DNA of 50,469 nucleotides from a virus (Duplodnaviria; Caudoviricetes). The notes under the pieces were generated by a model, which was not told where the DNA came from, ran no database searches, and saw only the letters and a program-made list of their open reading frames with translations. Position numbers and translations under genes: made by a program. Location of the stretch: IMG/VR virus record IMGVR_UViG_3300031999_000034, positions 1 through 50,469 of that record. One strand, written 5' to 3'. Positions 45,549 through 50,469 of this stretch are shown here, one piece after another. Position 1 is the stretch's first letter. The number at the start of each line of letters is the position of its first letter.

Positions 45549-46291
45549 TGGTAGACATTGTGATCCCGGCGTGGAACAACCACAACTTGACCGGCGCCTG
45601 TGTCATGTCCATTAAGCAGCACACCGACGTGCCGTTTCGGATCATCATTGTGGACGACGGCTCGGACCCCGCGTACGAGGGCGGATTCCCCGGTACGTTT
45701 GACGTTGTGAGGCTGGATAGCAATTCCGGGTTCACGGCGGCGGTCAATGCCGGTATCGAGTTTAGTGACGCCGAGTACGTGTGCGTCTTAAACAATGACG
45801 TGCTTGTTACGCCGGGGTGGCTATATGCAATGCTGGAGCACGTATACAACTACCCAAACATCGGCATGCTGGTACCTACTCAGCAGCATATGGGCGGCAG
45901 AACGTGCGCCCTGTTCAACGACGGAAACGTGGTGCTGGAAACTGTGCGCTATGCGCCAGCGTTCTGTGCGCTGTTCCGCAGGTCAACGCTGGATGCGGTA
46001 GGCACGTTCGACCCAGCCATCGGCAAAAACGGGGTTTCGGATCTGGACATGTGCATGAAGATCCGCGAATCAGGGCGCGATGTCGCAATTGCTCGTGACG
46101 TGTACCTACATCATTTGGGGCAGTGCTCCATTAAGCTCACGGAGGAGTGGAAGACCGGCGAGTACCAGCGTGTGAATTACAACGAGCTTCCTACTCTTCG
46201 CGCCAAGTGGGGCAATGCGGCCGTGGATGAAATGCTGACCAAGGCGTTGGTTCCGCTGACGCGGCACGACTACGCTGGTGTCATCAAATGA
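45548..46291 (+). CDS. Glycosyltransferase family 2 in the replication module
   Basis: VDIVIPAWN, IIVDDGS, NSGFTAAVNAGI, LNND, VGTFD, DLDMC. Confidence 0.9.
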   Translation: MVDIVIPAWNNHNLTGACVMSIKQHTDVPFRIIIVDDGSDPAYEGGFPGTFDVVRLDSNSGFTAAVNAGIEFSDAEYVCVLNNDVLVTPGWLYAMLEHVYNYPNIGMLVPTQQHMGGRTCALFNDGNVVLETVRYAPAFCALFRRSTLDAVGTFDPAIGKNGVSDLDMCMKIRESGRDVAIARDVYLHHLGQCSIKLTEEWKTGEYQRVNYNELPTLRAKWGNAAVDEMLTKALVPLTRHDYAGVIK

Positions 46292-46485
46292 AGCCGGTGT
46301 ACTCGGTGCCGCATCGCTACGCGGCGCGCTGGAAGGCCATGATGGCCGGCAAGTCCCGAGTGGCTGCCATCAACATGTTCTGCCTGCAGTGCGTGGCGTT
46401 CGTGCCGTCCGAAGTTCGCAAGTGTACCGCGAGGGACTGCCCCCTGTACAAGTGGCGCCCGCGCCGGAAGGATGGGGACGACTGA
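46288..46485 (+). CDS. Small Zn-binding protein
   Basis: AINMFCLQC...EVRKCTARDCPLYKWR. Confidence 0.7.
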   Translation: MKPVYSVPHRYAARWKAMMAGKSRVAAINMFCLQCVAFVPSEVRKCTARDCPLYKWRPRRKDGDD

Positions 46486-47855
46486 TGGATAGGCTGCAGG
46501 CAGCGGTGATAGCGGCCCTTCTAACCAAGGATGGATGGTCCAGCTTCGGCAGCGCGCTGTCCGAGGATGTCTTCAACGACGCGGACACGCGGGCCCTGTA
46601 CATGGCGCTCGTTCGGCTGCACCCCCAGACCGGCAGCGATCTGACGTACGAATTGCTGGGTCTTGACATCATGGCCACCTACGGCGGTCGTGGCCGTGGC
46701 CCAGAACTTCTTGAGAAGGTGCAATTACTCGCGGCCATGCCGCAGGAGGACGCCGATGTCGTTAGGCAAGCTGTCGCGCGCTTTGCGTCGCGGGAACTAT
46801 CGCTCCAAGCTGCAAGATATATCGCATCGAGGGCCGACGGTGATTCCTACGATGTCAACCATGCGCAGGCTCTACTTGACCGCGCCGTGGACCTCTCTTC
46901 TGGCGTCGACACGTCAGTCATTGATTTTGACGGAGCAGATCTACCGGGAGAGGATGACTATCGGTCAGGTCTGGTTCCTACTGGTCTATCGTCTGAACTT
47001 GATTCTTGTCTCGCTGGTGGGTACGCTGCAGGTGAGCTTCTTACTTTGTTGGCACCTCCTGCTCGCGGCAAGACTTCCTATCTATGGGCTATACTCGCGT
47101 CGGCGGTGCGCCAAGGCCGCAATGGGCTTGGCATCACCCTCGAAATCAGTGTCCCGAAGTGCATCCGCCGTGTCGACCAATGGCTTACGGGGTTCACGCC
47201 GGATGAACTGATCATGAACCGAGCGGCTGTAGCTGCCAGCCGCAAGCTCCTAGCCGGCCAAATCTGGGTCAAGGATTGGGCATACAAGGGCATCACCGCC
47301 GACGACATCAAGGCGCTGGTGACTCGGATGCGCCAGAAGGGCCAGAAGGTCGACGTAATCATGGTCGATTATCTGGAGCACATGGCGCCCATCGTCAAGC
47401 GCCGGGAGGAGCGGCTGGCATACGGGCAGACGTGCAAAGAACTCCGCATGCTGGCGCAGGATCTGGACGTTGGGATCATCACGGCGTGGCAAGTAAACAG
47501 GGCCGGCAGCGATTCACACGTGCTGACACAGAAGGATGTGTCTGAGTCGTGGGAGGTTGTTAAGCACAGCGACATAATCCTCGGGCTTAATCAGAATGAC
47601 GAGGAATTACTTAATAAGGTTCTGCGGGTCAACATCATCAAGCAGCGGGAAGGCACCGTGCGCAAGATGTTTTACCTGCATTCCGATCTTGACCGCATGG
47701 TCATACACAAGCTGGAGAATCCTGTAAACGAAGACGAGCCGGTGCCGGTTCACGCGGTGGACAATATGCCCGGAAACGGGAGAGCACACGCGGAGGGAAG
47801 GAAATTGACGTTGTCCGATACTTCCCACGGCACCGGCCCCAAGGAGTTCCAATGA
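46485..47855 (+). CDS. dnaB: Replicative DnaB-like helicase
   Basis: Walker A APPARGKT, TLE, IMVDYL, WQVNR, KQREG. Confidence 0.92.
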   Translation: MDRLQAAVIAALLTKDGWSSFGSALSEDVFNDADTRALYMALVRLHPQTGSDLTYELLGLDIMATYGGRGRGPELLEKVQLLAAMPQEDADVVRQAVARFASRELSLQAARYIASRADGDSYDVNHAQALLDRAVDLSSGVDTSVIDFDGADLPGEDDYRSGLVPTGLSSELDSCLAGGYAAGELLTLLAPPARGKTSYLWAILASAVRQGRNGLGITLEISVPKCIRRVDQWLTGFTPDELIMNRAAVAASRKLLAGQIWVKDWAYKGITADDIKALVTRMRQKGQKVDVIMVDYLEHMAPIVKRREERLAYGQTCKELRMLAQDLDVGIITAWQVNRAGSDSHVLTQKDVSESWEVVKHSDIILGLNQNDEELLNKVLRVNIIKQREGTVRKMFYLHSDLDRMVIHKLENPVNEDEPVPVHAVDNMPGNGRAHAEGRKLTLSDTSHGTGPKEFQ

Positions 47856-48448
47856 AAACCCGATGGGTTGTGGGTATAGACCCCGGGTTCGGCATGACGG
47901 GTGTCGTGTTGCGCCGGGAGGATTCGCGGGAAGTGACTGCGTGGGCGTGCTATTGCCTGCCTCGTGAGAACGCCCCGGGGGCACAGGTGCTGCGGTCGGC
48001 CAGTCTGGCGCAGGCGGTGGCGGACTGCATCAGCGGCTGGATTATTGAGCACGAAATCGTGGTGCTGGAGGTGTGTATTGAGTTGCCCATCTACAAACAT
48101 AACGCCGCCATCCTGATCCTGCAAATCCGGCTGTTCGAGGACATCGAGCAGGCCATGGCGCAGATGATCGTGGCACAGGTTGAGCAGTTGTGGCTTACGG
48201 AGATGTACCCAGCCACATCCAAAGCCCTGCTAACCGGCAATGGAGCCGCGAACAAGCGCCAGATGATACTGGCATCGCCATTTGCCGGGCTGGCCGAGGT
48301 GCAGGAAATCAAGGAAGCAATTGCTGACGCGTACGCGCACAGCTTGTCCGCCGGAAAGCACCAGTACGATCTTACAAGCATGAAAATGGTAGTCGTCGAG
48401 GCGTCTGCCGAAGGAAAGGGGGCAACCGATGGCGAAGATGGATCGTAA
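47852..48448 (+). CDS. ruvC: RuvC-like Holliday junction resolvase
   Basis: VGIDPG...CIE...K..LTGNGAANK..M...ADA. Confidence 0.88.
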   Translation: MKTRWVVGIDPGFGMTGVVLRREDSREVTAWACYCLPRENAPGAQVLRSASLAQAVADCISGWIIEHEIVVLEVCIELPIYKHNAAILILQIRLFEDIEQAMAQMIVAQVEQLWLTEMYPATSKALLTGNGAANKRQMILASPFAGLAEVQEIKEAIADAYAHSLSAGKHQYDLTSMKMVVVEASAEGKGATDGEDGS

Positions 48449-48803
48449 GCACAAGGAGCTGGTACTTCGAACCGTCGCCGGAATCGAGGCGCTCGGGCTG
48501 GAGTTCTTGGGGGAACGATTCGCAATTCTGCGGGATCCCTCGGACGACGTTTCCAAGGGCGGTATCATTATTCCGGACGAGGCCAAGAGGAGTTTGCCGA
48601 AGGGTACTGTTGTGGCTGTGGGTTCTGGTGCTGATTTCGACCGGGACGAACTGCGTACCTACGCGTGCAAGGTGCTCGACCGGGTGCTGTTTACAAAGTA
48701 CGGTGGCAACACATTCAAGGTCACGCTGCCAGACGACACGGATGTCGAACTGGAACTGATCAGCGTGATAGACGTGTACATCAAGGTTGGGAGCTTGGCA
48801 TGA
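48429..48803 (+). CDS. groES: GroES-like co-chaperonin
   Basis: KGGIIIPDEAK...GTVVAVGSG...DRVLFTKYGG. Confidence 0.92.
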   Translation: MAKMDRKHKELVLRTVAGIEALGLEFLGERFAILRDPSDDVSKGGIIIPDEAKRSLPKGTVVAVGSGADFDRDELRTYACKVLDRVLFTKYGGNTFKVTLPDDTDVELELISVIDVYIKVGSLA

Positions 48804-49261
48804 GGCGCTGGTGGTTGACTATTCTACTGAACTTGATCATCGTGTCAAGTATAGTAATAGGATGCTCCAAGTCCCGAGCACCAGCACCAATTCCCCCGGC
48901 ACCTGCGGACTCGTCCATCGGAATCGTGCTGGTGGGTAGGGATGACTGGAATCCTACGTCTAGACAAGACCATTGGCGGTGGACTATACCAGATACCGCG
49001 TACGGAAACGCGGAGTATTACACCGTCGAGTACAGATTTTGGGGTGGAGAGTGGCGGCACTTGGGCACTACGGCTACTAACTCGGTACTGGTTCCGCAAA
49101 GGTATTCTCCATACCAGATACGAGTTACCGCGTATTTTGGAAAGAGACTGTGGCTAGATCCGCCGTCGGCTGGGATAGGCGCAGCCAGCATGCCATCCAA
49201 TTGGGTGGAGCGTTACACCAGACCCGTAGAAAGGGCGCACAATGAAGAAGTCAAGCGTTGA
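48800..49261 (+). CDS. Lipoprotein with FN3-like domain
   Basis: Signal MRRWWLTILLNLIIVSSIVIG-C, Pro linker, W...YTVEYR...YQIRVTAY. Confidence 0.7.
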   Translation: MRRWWLTILLNLIIVSSIVIGCSKSRAPAPIPPAPADSSIGIVLVGRDDWNPTSRQDHWRWTIPDTAYGNAEYYTVEYRFWGGEWRHLGTTATNSVLVPQRYSPYQIRVTAYFGKRLWLDPPSAGIGAASMPSNWVERYTRPVERAHNEEVKR

Positions 49262-49526
49262 GGTTAAGGAAGGGCAGATTTGGAGCACGCTCCTAAAGGT
49301 GGAGTTCGTGATTCTGCACGTCGAACCCAACCATGTGGTCGCCAAGACCCGGAATCTGGCCAGCGGTAACAAGGAAATCCTTGTGCATATGGCCAAGTTT
49401 TCCAGCGGCGAACTGGTGTTCAAGGGCAACCAGCGGGGCAAGCGCGCGGCCATCTACACGGCCACTATGGGTGCCAGCGCCAACATGCTGAAGACCGGTC
49501 GTGCCCCCAAGGAGTTCACGCTGTGA
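49242..49526 (+). CDS. Hypothetical protein
   Basis: Coupled ORF. Confidence 0.6.
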   Translation: MKKSSVEVKEGQIWSTLLKVEFVILHVEPNHVVAKTRNLASGNKEILVHMAKFSSGELVFKGNQRGKRAAIYTATMGASANMLKTGRAPKEFTL

Positions 49527-49897
49527 CTAGAGTTTCGCACATGACAGCCGAAGTGCCGGAGTACTTGAAGGACGACGTGGCCAAACCGCTGGACGTGTAC
49601 ATCATCGAGCTTTTGAGCGATGTAAATCCGGCCATGCACATGACCATGTTGACCTCATTTGCGGCCCGCAAGGTGTACTACGGGCACTGGTCCATTACCG
49701 GCGCGAACCTTGAGCTTAGAAGGGCCGTCAGCAAGTGCCCAGTGAAGCGATGGTGGTTGGGGCTGCGCTTGCGGGCGTACAGGAGACTTCCCAATCGGGC
49801 CATGAATTTCTGGAACACAACGGCCACGGTCAACGAGTTCGCTTCCATGGAAGCTGCTAGGGAAGCCGCCATCGCCGGACGCATCATTAGGCTGTAA
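49523..49897 (+). CDS. Hypothetical protein
   Basis: Last plus-strand ORF before the terminator. Confidence 0.55.
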   Translation: MTRVSHMTAEVPEYLKDDVAKPLDVYIIELLSDVNPAMHMTMLTSFAARKVYYGHWSITGANLELRRAVSKCPVKRWWLGLRLRAYRRLPNRAMNFWNTTATVNEFASMEAAREAAIAGRIIRL

Positions 49898-49910
49898 GCT
49901 TCTATCGCCC

Positions 49911-49952
49911 AAAAAGAAGGCCCCGTACTTATCACTAGGTACGGGGCCTTTT
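49911..49952. terminator. Bidirectional terminator between the convergent halves
   Basis: AAAAAG-AAGGCCCCGTAC-loop-GTACGGGGCCTT-TT. Confidence 0.9.
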
Positions 49953-49955
49953 GCG

Positions 49956-50396
49956 TTATCTAGTAGCTATCGCGCCCATGTACACGGCGCCAGCGGTCAA
50001 CAGGATGTCCTTGATTCTATCCCACGAACTGGACTTGCTGGCGGCCAGCACCCGCTCGTAGGACGCAGCATCTGACGCCAGCCGTCCGCGCCAGAACCTC
50101 TCATTGGTGGTAAGATTGCTGTCCATCTCCGCGAGCGCCGCATCCCGGTACGCGATGATGAGGTCAAGGCTGTCGATTACCGCCGTCGCCCGCACCAGCA
50201 TCGACTCCGGCACCAGCACCGAGTCCGGCGGCGCCTCCGCGCTCGAGCCGGCTGGCCAGATCAGCAGCAGCATCGCCAGTGTGAGGACGAGCGGCCAGTG
50301 CGGCCTTGGCTTCGGCTTCGGCCAGCTTGCGGCGGGCTGCCTGCGTATTGTGAAGAGCCGCTTGGTAATTTTCGCGGAGTTTCCGATCTTCCTCAC
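49956..50396 (-). CDS. Exported/membrane protein overlapping the i-spanin-like gene (o-spanin position)
   Basis: GTG at 50396 with GAGGAG; hydrophobic signal WPLVLTLAMLLLIWPAGSSA; C-terminal hydrophobic tail; no Cys. Confidence 0.5.
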   Translation of the reverse strand: MRKIGNSAKITKRLFTIRRQPAASWPKPKPRPHWPLVLTLAMLLLIWPAGSSAEAPPDSVLVPESMLVRATAVIDSLDLIIAYRDAALAEMDSNLTTNERFWRGRLASDAASYERVLAASKSSSWDRIKDILLTAGAVYMGAIATR

Positions 50397-50469
50397 GGCG
50401 CTTCTCCTCTTCCTTGATCTTGATATTGCTGCTAACCTTGCGCCCACCGAGAATCCCCAGCAGGAACAG
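50301..50469. repeat. Terminal direct repeat (right copy)
   Basis: Matches 1-169 with one mismatch. Confidence 0.97.

Noticed and set aside
1-50469. Alternative genetic code, lysogeny module, or dZ/7-deazaguanine pathway
   Set aside because: Genes are intact under the standard code and use all three stops, no suppressor tRNA is present, and no integrase, repressor, PurZ or Que/Dpd motifs were recognised.

Overview
This is an apparently complete, circular, GC-rich tailed-phage genome of about 50.3 kb with podovirus-like gene content. Bases 1-169 repeat at 50301-50469 with one mismatch, and the break falls inside the lysis genes. There are two divergent halves. The minus strand (27.9 kb to 0, wrapping to 49.96 kb) carries an EndoVII-type HNH nuclease, two tRNAs plus a tRNA-like element, terS, terL, portal, scaffold, capsid decoration/major capsid, a GT2 glycosyltransferase with a beta-helix/Ig adhesin and a cluster of small paralogous proteins, adaptor, nozzle, tailspike, internal virion proteins and a lysis cassette. 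The plus strand (28.9 to 49.9 kb) carries many small early genes (DUF932, Gp88-like, a 45-bp tandem-repeat protein) and then primase, a family A DNA polymerase with an N-terminal UDG-like domain, SSB, a Cas4-like exonuclease, dNMP kinase, a second GT2, DnaB helicase, RuvC, GroES and a lipoprotein. I recognised no integrase, repressor, reverse transcriptase or CRISPR array. The most notable signals are (i) an 11-unit coding repeat whose variation is almost entirely non-synonymous, (ii) a candidate capsid glycosylation/display cassette with a domain shared between two distant genes, (iii) a possible DNA-modification set, (iv) non-canonical tRNAs, and (v) several repeated or covarying regulatory DNA/RNA elements. 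All calls come from reading motifs by eye; no database search was run.
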